From contig JAGVWE010000002.1 in the NCBI GenBank assembly GCA_018304425.1, positions 96,001 to 160,000 on the forward strand: a stretch of DNA of 64,000 nt, written 5' to 3'. The translations under genes and the position numbers were made by a program. The notes under the pieces are model-generated. The model was not told where the DNA came from. It searched no databases and was given only the letters and a program-made list of their open reading frames with translations. Positions 18,937 through 27,822 of this stretch are shown in pieces (within the stretch, counting starts at the first letter, position 1; the number at the start of each line of letters is the position of its first letter). The stretch comes from Candidatus Iainarchaeum sp. (GTDB lineage Archaea > Iainarchaeota > Iainarchaeia > Iainarchaeales > UBA10219).

Positions 18937-19008
18937 ATGACCATCAGAAGGGATTTAGAAAAGCTGCGGTCAAACTGATTTTGGCAGCCATCGGATTGGC
19001 GGTTTTTT
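18937..19008 (+). promoter_or_regulatory. Putative attenuator-like leader (13-aa uORF, hairpin, U-tract) of the lysine operon
   Basis: uORF MTIRRDLEKLRSN at 18937-18978; hairpin GGCAGCCA..TGGCGG followed by T6 to 19008; TTTAAAA box at ~18906 and GGAGGT at 18924. Confidence 0.35.
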
Positions 19009-19026
19009 CTGTGGGGATGAAACTTC

Positions 19027-20403
19027 ATGAGAACGGTCATGAAGTTCGGGGGCAGCGTGCTGTCGACTGCAGAAGATTTTCAAAGGCTTGTTGAAATTGT
19101 TGGGCCAAGGCACCGAAAAGGCGAGGAAATACTCCTTGTTAACAGTGCCTTGCATGGGGTAACCGACGAATTGATTCAGGCAGCCGAGCAAGCAGTAACA
19201 CATACAAAACACGTTTCTGGGTTCGTGAACAGGCTGCGGCGGCGACACGAAAATGCTTTACGGCTTGTTTCAAGTCCTAGAATAGCCGGGAGATGCCGCG
19301 CCGTCCTTGCAGGCAGACTGGACCGGCTTGAAAAAGCCTTGAATGCCATTAATTCCCTGCAAAACCTTGCTCCCAGAACCCAGGACTTGGTGTATACTTT
19401 CGGGGAAAGACTTTCAGCACCCATCATGGAAGCCTATCTCCTGGATGCAGGCGTCCAAGCAAAAGCCTTGGATGCAGACGAAGCAGGGCTTGTAACCGAC
19501 AGCTCTTACGGCAAAGCAAACCCCAGAATGGATTTAATTAAAAGAAATTTCAAAAAAATTGGCACGGCATTGAAGGACACCATTGCAATCATTACAGGCT
19601 ACTTTGGAGTGGACGAAAACTCGAATGTCGTGTGCTTTGGCCGCGGCGGCAGCGATTTCTCTGCAGGAATCATGGCAAACGCTGTTGGCGCGAATGCACT
19701 TGAGCTATGGAAAGACATTGGATGCTTTTATTCGGCTGATTCCAGAACAGTCAAAGGAGCCCAAAGGCTTGAAAGGCTTAGCTATGACGAAGCCGAAGAA
19801 CTGGGTTATTTTGGAGCCAAAATCATTCACCCCAAAACCATTCCACCCTTGAAGGAAAAAAACATCAAGGCCCTGGTGAAAAACGTGTTCAAACCAAGGG
19901 AATGCGGTACATTGATTACGGCGCGGCCCAGAAAAACCGGGAAAACCGTGAAAGCCATTGCGTCAAAGAAAAACATTGGATTGATTACGGTGAGAAGTGC
20001 AAGCATGGTGGACGTGCCTGGCTACCTTGGCCGGCTCTTTGGTTTGCTGAGCGAGCACGGCATAGCCGTGGACATGGTGAGCACCAGTGAAGCCAGTGTC
20101 TCATTCACGATTGACCGCAAGGACCTGTTGCTGGCAAGGAAAGCCCTGGCAGGCCTTGAACGGGAAAGCGAGCGCATGCGGTTTGAAAGCGACGTGGCAT
20201 TGATTGGCGTAATCGGCGAAGCCCTTCGTTCAACCCCTGGCATTGTGGGCAAAGCGGCCAATTGCCTGGGAAAAGCAGGCATCAACCTTGAAGCCATAAG
20301 CCTTGGCGCCAGCGAAATCGACGTGTTGTTGGTCGTCAAGGAAAGGCACCGCGTGCAAGCCGTTCAAGTCTTGCACCGGGCCCTAGTGGAGGGAAAAACA
20401 TGA
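19027..20403 (+). CDS. lysC: Aspartate kinase
   Basis: VMKFGGS, GERLSA, GRGGSDFSA, ELGYFGAKIIHP; two ACT domains. Confidence 0.95.
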   Translation: MRTVMKFGGSVLSTAEDFQRLVEIVGPRHRKGEEILLVNSALHGVTDELIQAAEQAVTHTKHVSGFVNRLRRRHENALRLVSSPRIAGRCRAVLAGRLDRLEKALNAINSLQNLAPRTQDLVYTFGERLSAPIMEAYLLDAGVQAKALDADEAGLVTDSSYGKANPRMDLIKRNFKKIGTALKDTIAIITGYFGVDENSNVVCFGRGGSDFSAGIMANAVGANALELWKDIGCFYSADSRTVKGAQRLERLSYDEAEELGYFGAKIIHPKTIPPLKEKNIKALVKNVFKPRECGTLITARPRKTGKTVKAIASKKNIGLITVRSASMVDVPGYLGRLFGLLSEHGIAVDMVSTSEASVSFTIDRKDLLLARKALAGLERESERMRFESDVALIGVIGEALRSTPGIVGKAANCLGKAGINLEAISLGASEIDVLLVVKERHRVQAVQVLHRALVEGKT

Positions 20404-21452
20404 CGGCAAAAATTCCGTGCGCCGTGTTGGGTGCAACTGGAGCGGTCGGGCAGCGGTTCATCCAGTTGCTTGAGGGGCACCCGTGGTTCGAAGTGGTAGC
20501 GGTCTGCGCCAGCGAACGCAGTGCCGGGCAAAGTTATTCAGGGGCAGTAGATGGAAGGTGGAAGCTGCCTACACGAATCCCTGAAAACGTTGGAGGGCTG
20601 ACGGTAAAAGAGTGCAAGCCAGCAGACTTGAATGCACGGATTGCTTTCAGCGGCTTGGACGCGGGCGTTGCAGGGTCCATTGAAGAAGAATTCGCGCGCG
20701 CGGGCTATGCCGTGGTCAGCAACAGCCGCAACCACCGCATGGATGCCGACGTGCCGTTGTTGGTTCCTGAAGCCAATGAAAGCCACTTGAAAGCCATTGA
20801 ATTGCAGAGAAAACGGTTTGGCCGGGGCTTGATTGTAACCGACCCCAATTGTTCAACCATCGGCATGGCACTGGCGTTGGCGCCCCTGCACCAAAAATGG
20901 GGCGTCGAAAAAGTGGGTGTCGTGACCATGCAGGCCATCAGCGGTGCGGGTTATCCGGGGGTCGCCAGCCTAGACGTTGTGGACAACGTGGTTCCCTACA
21001 TCGCGGGCGAAGAAGAGAAGATGGAAACCGAGGCCAAGAAAATCCTGGGAAAATGGAGTGGAACGGCATTCGAGTTCGCCCCGGTGACGGTGAGCGCAAG
21101 CTGCAACCGCGTTCCAACCGTTGACGGCCACCTGGAAAGCGTTTCCTTTTCACTGAGGGCACAAGTTGAAAGAGAAGAAATAATGGAGGCATGGCGGACT
21201 TGGAAGCCGTTGAAGGCGTTGAAGTTGCCAAGCGCGCCGGAACAGCCGGTGGTGTACCGGGAGGAAGCCGACCGGCCGCAGCCAAGGCTGGATAGAATGG
21301 AAGGCCATGGCATGAGCGTCGTGGTGGGAAGGCTGCGGGAGTGCCCATTGCTGGGCTGGAAAATGAGCGTGTTGAGTCATAACACAATCAGGGGAGCGGC
21401 TGGTGCCGCCATCCTGAACGCGGAATTGTTGAAGGCGCGGGGGTATCTTTAA
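20400..21452 (+). CDS. asd: Aspartate-semialdehyde dehydrogenase
   Basis: LGATGAVGQRF, PNCST, QAISGAG, HNTIRGAAG. Confidence 0.97.
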   Translation: MTAKIPCAVLGATGAVGQRFIQLLEGHPWFEVVAVCASERSAGQSYSGAVDGRWKLPTRIPENVGGLTVKECKPADLNARIAFSGLDAGVAGSIEEEFARAGYAVVSNSRNHRMDADVPLLVPEANESHLKAIELQRKRFGRGLIVTDPNCSTIGMALALAPLHQKWGVEKVGVVTMQAISGAGYPGVASLDVVDNVVPYIAGEEEKMETEAKKILGKWSGTAFEFAPVTVSASCNRVPTVDGHLESVSFSLRAQVEREEIMEAWRTWKPLKALKLPSAPEQPVVYREEADRPQPRLDRMEGHGMSVVVGRLRECPLLGWKMSVLSHNTIRGAAGAAILNAELLKARGYL

Positions 21453-21477
21453 AAGGAATTGTCGGGAGGTATAAGGT

Positions 21478-22236
21478 ATGAGGCTGGGATTGATTGGGTT
21501 TGGGGCCATGGGCAAAGAAGTGGCCCGAATCGCCAAAGAAAGAGGGCACGAAATCGTTGCCATTGTGGACCCAAAAGCAGCCGAGGCCACGGCTAAAGTC
21601 ATAGACGCAAAAGCCTTGGAAAAGGCGGAGGCCTGCATTGATTTTTCTTCGCTGAATGGAGTCATGGAAAACATCGAGAAAACCGCTGCCTTGAAGAAAA
21701 ACATGGTAGTGGGAACCACTGGCTGGTACGAGCACGTAGGCGAAGCCAGGAAAATAGTTGGAAAACGGGGCATTGGCTTTGTGTATGCCTCGAATTTTTC
21801 CGTGGGCGTGAACGCGTTTTACAGGATTGTGGCCGAAGCAGCAAAGGCAATGAATGGGTTAAAGGAATACGATGTGTTTGGCTATGAATTGCATCATAAC
21901 CGGAAACAGGACAGCCCCTCTGGAACAGCCAAGAGTCTGGCGAAAATAATTGTGAACAATTTTTCACGAAAAAAGAAAGTGATATACGAAAAACTGGACA
22001 GAAAAATCGAAGCAGATGAACTACATTTTGCAAGCATTCGAGGCGGCAGCGTGCCTGGAACGCACGTCATTGGATTTGATTCGGCTGCAGACTCCATTGA
22101 ATTGAAGCATGAGGCCAGGAGCAGGGCGGGGTTTGCCTTGGGCGCCGTGCTGGCAGCCGAATGGATTAAAGGCAAAAAGGGCTTTTTTGAAGTCAATGAT
22201 TTCATGAATGACTTGCTGGAGGGAAAACATGTTTGA
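21478..22236 (+). CDS. dapB: 4-hydroxy-tetrahydrodipicolinate reductase
   Basis: GFGAMG, GTTG, ASNFSVG, ELHHNRKQDSPSGTA. Confidence 0.96.
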   Translation: MRLGLIGFGAMGKEVARIAKERGHEIVAIVDPKAAEATAKVIDAKALEKAEACIDFSSLNGVMENIEKTAALKKNMVVGTTGWYEHVGEARKIVGKRGIGFVYASNFSVGVNAFYRIVAEAAKAMNGLKEYDVFGYELHHNRKQDSPSGTAKSLAKIIVNNFSRKKKVIYEKLDRKIEADELHFASIRGGSVPGTHVIGFDSAADSIELKHEARSRAGFALGAVLAAEWIKGKKGFFEVNDFMNDLLEGKHV

Positions 22237-23119
22237 GGGAACAACAACGGCATTGGTTACGCCATTCAAGCAGAACGGGGAACTGGACTTGGAGGGCCTG
22301 AAGAAGAACGTGCGTTTCCAGGTGGCCGGGGGCATCAACGGCTTGCTGGCGCTGGGCACCACCGGGGAATCGCCGACGCTCAGCGAACAAGAAAAAGAAC
22401 AGGTCGTGAAGGCAACGGTGGCGGAAGCCAGGGGAAAGGCTCCGGTCATGGTCGGCAGCGGAACCAATGACACCCGCAAGACCGTGAAGGCCTCGCAGCT
22501 GGCCTGCGACTGGGGCGCGGACGCGTTGTTGGTCGTTACTCCCTACTACAACAAGCCCACTCCAAAAGGCATCTATGAGCACTTCAAGGCCGTGAACGAT
22601 GCCGTTGACCGGCCCATCGTGGTCTACAACATCGCGGGCAGGACCGGGAAAAACATTGAAACCCAGGTCATGAAGCGGCTCGCGGAACTCGAACACATCA
22701 TCGGCGTCAAGGAAGCCTCTGGCAACATCGACCAGATAGGCGATGTCTGCCGGGAAATCCAGGCGACCCGCAAGGGCTTCACGGTGTGGAGCGGAGACGA
22801 TGGTTTGACGTTCCCGGCCATGGCCTTGGGCGCCAAGGGAGTCATCAGCGTGGCCAGCAACCTCGTGCCGGCCAGGGTAGTGGCCATGACCACGGCTGCC
22901 CTCCAAGGAAAGTGGGAAGAAGCCCGACGGCTGCACTTTGAGTTGCTGCCGCTCTTCAAGGGCATCTTCATCGAAACCAACCCCATTCCCATCAAGGCGG
23001 CCATGAACTGGGCTGGCCTGGCGGCAGGCGCGTATAGGCTACCCATGACCGAAATGGAGCCCCAGAACGCGGAGAAGCTCAGGGCACTGCTTAAAAGCCT
23101 TGGTCTGTTAAAAGGGTAG
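22229..23119 (+). CDS. dapA: 4-hydroxy-tetrahydrodipicolinate synthase
   Basis: GTTGES, PYYNKP, YNIAGRTG, GVKEASG, ETNPIPIK. Confidence 0.97.
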   Translation: MFEGTTTALVTPFKQNGELDLEGLKKNVRFQVAGGINGLLALGTTGESPTLSEQEKEQVVKATVAEARGKAPVMVGSGTNDTRKTVKASQLACDWGADALLVVTPYYNKPTPKGIYEHFKAVNDAVDRPIVVYNIAGRTGKNIETQVMKRLAELEHIIGVKEASGNIDQIGDVCREIQATRKGFTVWSGDDGLTFPAMALGAKGVISVASNLVPARVVAMTTAALQGKWEEARRLHFELLPLFKGIFIETNPIPIKAAMNWAGLAAGAYRLPMTEMEPQNAEKLRALLKSLGLLKG

Positions 23120-23131
23120 GGGAGGCATGCG

Positions 23132-24436
23132 GTGTTCGAAGTCAAGGACTACCTGGAGAACCGCAAGGGGCGGCTGTACATCGGAGGCGTTTCCGCTGAA
23201 GGACTTGCCGACGAGTTCGGGACGCCGACCTATGTGTACAGCGAGGAACGCATCCGCGCCAACTATGACCGGCTGCTCAACGCCTTCAAGCGGCACTACA
23301 AGGACTCCGAGCTATACTATCCCATCAAGTGCAACAACAACCTGGCCGTGTTGAACCTCGTTCGGGGCCTTGGGGCGGGAGCCGACTGTTCAAGCCCCGC
23401 CGAGGTGTACCTGGCCAAGAAGGCGGGCTTCAAAAGGAGCCGCATCCTGTACTCGGGCAACTACCTCCGCGATGACGAAATGCAATTCGCCCTCAAGGAA
23501 GGGCTGCACATCAACCTGGATGACCTCAGCCAGATTGACCGGCTCATGAAGCACGCGGGCAAGAAGAAGCCGGGCTTCCTGTGCCTCCGCATCAATCCAG
23601 GCATGGGCGCCGGCAAATTCAAGAACCTGGTGTTCGCGGGGCCGGACGCGAAGTTCGGCGTCATCGACAAGCACGTGGAAGCCGCGTACCGGAAAGCCAA
23701 GGAGCATGGCGTGAAACGGTTCGGCATCCACATGATGACCGGCAGTTGCATCACGGAAGACGATTACTTCGTGGGCATCACGGAGCGGCTGATGGACCTG
23801 GCAGGCCCCATTGCCCGGAAACTAGGGATTTCCTTCGAGTTCGTGGACATCGGGGGCGGTTTTGGCATCGCTTACCAACCAGGAGAAAAAGAACTCGACG
23901 TTAACTACATTGGGAAACGCGTGGTGGAAGTGTTCACGAAAAAATGCGACCAGTACGGGCTTGGCAGGCCCACGCTTAAAATCGAGCCGGGAAGGTATGT
24001 GGTGGGGGACGCGGGCGTGCTGCTGACACGGGTTACTTCCCTCAAGCAGGCCTACAAGAAGTTCGTGGGCGTGGACGCGGGCATGAACACCCTGCTGCGG
24101 CCCGCCCTGTATGGCGCCTACCACCAGATGTTCGTGGCCAACAAACTGAACGAGGCGCGGACCGAAAAAGTCAACGTGGTTGGACCGATTTGCGAGAACT
24201 CCGACCAGCTGGCAAAGGACCGGGAACTGCCGCCCGCCGAGGTGGGAGACGTCATCGCCATCCTCAATGGCGGCGCGTACGGGTTCGGCATGGGCTCCCA
24301 GTACAACACGCGGCCAAGGTCGGCGGAAGTGCTCGTGCATGCCGGCAAGGCCGAGCTCATCCGGGAACGCGAAACCTTTGCCGACATCGACCGGCACGTG
24401 AGGGTGCCCAAGCGGTTGCGGGCGGGAAAGCCATGA
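23132..24436 (+). CDS. lysA: Diaminopimelate decarboxylase
   Basis: FGTPTYVY, YPIKCN (PLP Lys), DIGGG, EPGRY, GPICENSD, GAYG..MGSQYN. Confidence 0.95.
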   Translation: MFEVKDYLENRKGRLYIGGVSAEGLADEFGTPTYVYSEERIRANYDRLLNAFKRHYKDSELYYPIKCNNNLAVLNLVRGLGAGADCSSPAEVYLAKKAGFKRSRILYSGNYLRDDEMQFALKEGLHINLDDLSQIDRLMKHAGKKKPGFLCLRINPGMGAGKFKNLVFAGPDAKFGVIDKHVEAAYRKAKEHGVKRFGIHMMTGSCITEDDYFVGITERLMDLAGPIARKLGISFEFVDIGGGFGIAYQPGEKELDVNYIGKRVVEVFTKKCDQYGLGRPTLKIEPGRYVVGDAGVLLTRVTSLKQAYKKFVGVDAGMNTLLRPALYGAYHQMFVANKLNEARTEKVNVVGPICENSDQLAKDRELPPAEVGDVIAILNGGAYGFGMGSQYNTRPRSAEVLVHAGKAELIRERETFADIDRHVRVPKRLRAGKP

Positions 24437-25620
24437 AGGACTGGGCTTCGGACCGCGTGAAAGGCATGGGAGGCTATGCGTTCGACGAAGTGGACCAGCG
24501 CGTGGCCGCGCTGAAAAAGGAGGGCGTCAAACCCATTGACTTTGGGGTGGGGGACCCGACGGACGACACCCCGGCCGTGGTCCGCGCGGCCTGCAAGAAA
24601 GCAGTCGACAAACGCAAGAACAGCGGCTACCCCAGCTACGTGGGCTGCGAGGAATACCGGCAGACGATTGCGCAATGGACCAAGAAGCGGTTTGGCGTCA
24701 GCTTGGACGCGGGCAAGGAAATCTCGTCCACCGTGGGGGCAAAGGAAGGGGTGTTCAACCTCCACGAGGGGTTCGTGAACCCCGGCGATTACGTTATATC
24801 CCCGAACCCAGGCTATCCACCGTATGAACGCGGAACCCGGTTCGCGGAAGGCAAAAGCTGGTTCTATCCCCTGCTGCAGGAAAACGATTACCTTCCCAGG
24901 CTCTCGGAGATTCCTTCCGAGGTCGTGAAGAAAGCCAAAATCCTGTGGATCAATTACCCGAACAACCCGACGGGCGCGGTCGCGACACGGGAATTCTTCA
25001 AGGAAGCCGTAGACTTCGGGAAAGACAACCAGGTCATCGTGGCCTCGGACGAGTGCTACACGGAGATTTACTTCGGCGAAAAGCCGTTGAGCATCCTGCA
25101 GTTCGCCCGCGAAGGAGTCATCTCGGTGCAGAGCCTGTCCAAGCGCAGTAACATGACTTGTTACCGCGTGGGCTGGATGGCCGGAGACGAAAGCATCGTC
25201 AGCGTGTTCAAGAAGGTCAAGACCAACGTCGATTCCGGAACGGCCACGTTCATCCAAGACGCGGCCACGGCCGCGTTGAAGGACGAGCAGCACGTGGCGA
25301 AGATGCGCGCGCTCTACCACAAGAAGCGCGATGTCCTGGTTTCCGCGCTGAAGAAGGCCGGGATGCCGGACTGCACCCCGCCCGCGACGCTTTACCTCTG
25401 GCAGCGCGCGCCGCAGGGCATGACGGGATTGGACTTCGCGCTGCGGCTGCTCCAGAAGGACTTGGGGCTGGTGACCACGCCCGGGGCATGGATTGCCAGG
25501 GAATCCAATGGCTTGAACCCCGGCAAGGACTTCGTCCGGTTTGCCTTGGTGCCAAGCCTGGCCGAATGCAGGCAGGCAGCCGAGAAAATCCGGGACGCGC
25601 TGGCAAAGCCAAAGCGATAG
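24433..25620 (+). CDS. dapL: LL-diaminopimelate aminotransferase-like class I/II aminotransferase (DapL/DapC)
   Basis: GVGDP, GYP.Y.G, NYPNNPTG, DECY, SLSK..NMT.YRVG; last gene of the lysine operon. Confidence 0.78.
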   Translation: MKDWASDRVKGMGGYAFDEVDQRVAALKKEGVKPIDFGVGDPTDDTPAVVRAACKKAVDKRKNSGYPSYVGCEEYRQTIAQWTKKRFGVSLDAGKEISSTVGAKEGVFNLHEGFVNPGDYVISPNPGYPPYERGTRFAEGKSWFYPLLQENDYLPRLSEIPSEVVKKAKILWINYPNNPTGAVATREFFKEAVDFGKDNQVIVASDECYTEIYFGEKPLSILQFAREGVISVQSLSKRSNMTCYRVGWMAGDESIVSVFKKVKTNVDSGTATFIQDAATAALKDEQHVAKMRALYHKKRDVLVSALKKAGMPDCTPPATLYLWQRAPQGMTGLDFALRLLQKDLGLVTTPGAWIARESNGLNPGKDFVRFALVPSLAECRQAAEKIRDALAKPKR

Positions 25621-25655
25621 AAAGCTATTTATTCGTGGAACGCGTTAGGTCTTAC

Positions 25656-27020
25656 ATGCGGGTTCCTTTCATGGGGCGTTTGAGGCGAAGGCCGGACGCA
25701 AGGCAAAGGCCGGCAGGCGGGCAAGCACGTGGGCCTGGTTTTTTCCGTAGACGCCGTCAACTGGGACAGGCGGCCGTTTCAGGTGGTGGAGGCCGCAGGC
25801 AACCCCACCGACAACCGCTAAGCAGGGGCATCCCGCCTTCGCCGTCCGGCAGGCCGAGGAGATGGAATCGGTGGGCCTTGGGAGCAGGGGCCGTGGCCGC
25901 CTTGGGCGCGGGCTGGCTGGGCTGGCACTTGTGGGGCCGAGCTCCCACGCCGCCGGGCCCGGGAAGGCAGCCAGCGGTTGGAACGGTTCAACCACCGAAA
26001 CCGACGAGGCCAGAGACAAGGCAGCCCCGGACCCGTGCACCCCAACCCGGGGAAGCCAAGCCCGAAGAAGAGCGGCGACCGAAACCAAAACCGGAAGCCG
26101 AACCCCTGAACGCGAAAAAAGCCTTGGAGACCCTGGGCGGCAGGCTCGGCGAAATTAACCGGCAATGGAGGAACAAGGAAATCAGCTTGCAACAGCGGCT
26201 GGACTCGATGCGGCAACTAAGACGCGAAACCATAATCCCCTTGGTCGAGCACCTGAGAAGCACGGGCGAATTGGAGGCCTGGAAAAGCGAGTTGTCCACC
26301 AGTGTCGGGCGATTCCAATTGGATGAAGCCACTGGCAACAAGGCCAGGGAACTGGAAGCTTACCGGCGATATTTTTCGAGCCCTGACGTGTGGGCACTCC
26401 ACTTGACGGATGAAAGCATCGCCAACAAGGTTTACGTGGACCACTACCGGGAACTCGAAGCCCTCCGAGTCCTGGAAAAGGGGTGGCGGGAAGCGGCCAC
26501 GGAGCGAACCCGCTGGCTGTTGACTGAACTGGATTACATTAAAAACAACCCCTCCGTGTTACTGGACCCCTTGAAAGGCCCAAAATACACAGGCCTCCTC
26601 AGCTATGTCACTGGCGCTGTAGGCGAACAACGGGTGGACGACGCTGAAAAACTCCGGAAGCCCCTGGTAAACGAAGTCCATCTCGGCATGCGCGAAGTAA
26701 TAATGGAGCTGGGCAACGACCCGGCGGTGAAGGAACGAATGGTTCGCGACGAAGTGTTCGGCAGCAATTTCGGGAAAACCCTTGGCAGGTTAAAGGACTT
26801 GTCCGGGCAGGGAGGCGACACCACCAATTGGTTGGTTGAGATGACGGCTTTCCTTGAAGAACTCGAAAAAACCAGGCCCGGCGCGAGAACGGCCATCAAC
26901 GACAGAGTATCCGAAATCGTGGTAGCCGAAGTCGAGCGGTACAAGCTGCTATTAGCCAACAGTGTGGAAAACACAGTAACCGGATATTTCTACCAACAAT
27001 TGCCATCGCACGGCCGATGA
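25656..27020 (+). CDS. Orphan membrane-anchored protein (Arg-rich N-terminus, TM helix, Pro-rich linker, helical domain); paralog of 15713..16801
   Basis: TATTTAT box at ~25626; WALGAGAVAALGAGWLGW TM helix; colinear similarity to the 15713 ORF. Confidence 0.75.
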   Translation: MRVPFMGRLRRRPDARQRPAGGQARGPGFFRRRRQLGQAAVSGGGGRRQPHRQPLSRGIPPSPSGRPRRWNRWALGAGAVAALGAGWLGWHLWGRAPTPPGPGRQPAVGTVQPPKPTRPETRQPRTRAPQPGEAKPEEERRPKPKPEAEPLNAKKALETLGGRLGEINRQWRNKEISLQQRLDSMRQLRRETIIPLVEHLRSTGELEAWKSELSTSVGRFQLDEATGNKARELEAYRRYFSSPDVWALHLTDESIANKVYVDHYRELEALRVLEKGWREAATERTRWLLTELDYIKNNPSVLLDPLKGPKYTGLLSYVTGAVGEQRVDDAEKLRKPLVNEVHLGMREVIMELGNDPAVKERMVRDEVFGSNFGKTLGRLKDLSGQGGDTTNWLVEMTAFLEELEKTRPGARTAINDRVSEIVVAEVERYKLLLANSVENTVTGYFYQQLPSHGR

Positions 27021-27069
27021 ACGGAAAGCCGGGCAAAGCCTTTAAAGGGCTTGCAGGGTAATTGGTTTC

Positions 27070-27813
27070 ATGGAACCACAAGTCTACATCTTCGTCTCCG
27101 TAGCCGTGGTCAGCGCCATCTCCCTGGTCGGCGTGCTCGCGCTGGCGCTCAACAAGCACCTCCTCCACCGGGCCATGGTCGTGCTGGTCAGCTTTGCCGC
27201 GGGCTCGTTGCTGGCCGCAGCCTTCCTCGACCTCATCCCGGAAGCGGCGGAACTCGTGGACCTGGATGTGCTCATGCCCGCGGCCTTGGCCGGAATCGTC
27301 ACCTTTTTCATCATCGAGCGCATCCTCCACTGGCACCACTTCCACGCCGAGGAAAACGACATCCACCCCTTCACCTACCTCAACCTCATAGGAGACGGCC
27401 TGCACAACTTCATGGACGGCATCGCCATTGCAGCCAGTTACCTGGTGAGCGTGCCGGTGGGAATCGCGACCACGATTGCCGTCATCGCCCACGAAATCCC
27501 GCAGGAAATCAGCGACTTCAGCGTCCTCGTCTACGGCGGCCTTGGCAGGAAAAAAGCCTTGTTGTTCAACTTTGGCTCGGCGTTGACCGCCTTCTTCGGC
27601 GCCGCAATCGTGCTGGTGTTCCAGAACATGGAGAACAGCGCCGTGCTGGGCCAGTTAGCGGGCTTCGCCGCGGGCGGGCTGATTTACATTGCGACGGCCG
27701 ACCTGGTGCCGGAAATCCACAAAGAACACCGCCTCAAAAAGGTGCTGGCGCAAATGGTGGCGTTCGGCCTGGGCATTGCCCTGATTTGGTTTATAATCGG
27801 AACGTTCGAATAG
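27070..27813 (+). CDS. ZIP family zinc transporter
   Basis: HWHHFH loop, HNFMDG, HEIPQE. Confidence 0.93.
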   Translation: MEPQVYIFVSVAVVSAISLVGVLALALNKHLLHRAMVVLVSFAAGSLLAAAFLDLIPEAAELVDLDVLMPAALAGIVTFFIIERILHWHHFHAEENDIHPFTYLNLIGDGLHNFMDGIAIAASYLVSVPVGIATTIAVIAHEIPQEISDFSVLVYGGLGRKKALLFNFGSALTAFFGAAIVLVFQNMENSAVLGQLAGFAAGGLIYIATADLVPEIHKEHRLKKVLAQMVAFGLGIALIWFIIGTFE

Positions 27814-27822
27814 GGTAATAGC

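Noticed and set aside
18800-19026. Lysine riboswitch upstream of lysC
   Set aside because: No recognisable L-box consensus, and too little leader remains after the predicted promoter.
17027-25620. The whole TA plus lysine region as one integrated element
   Set aside because: The tRNA-end repeat closes at 18889, before lysC; no integrase or second repeat was seen after dapL.
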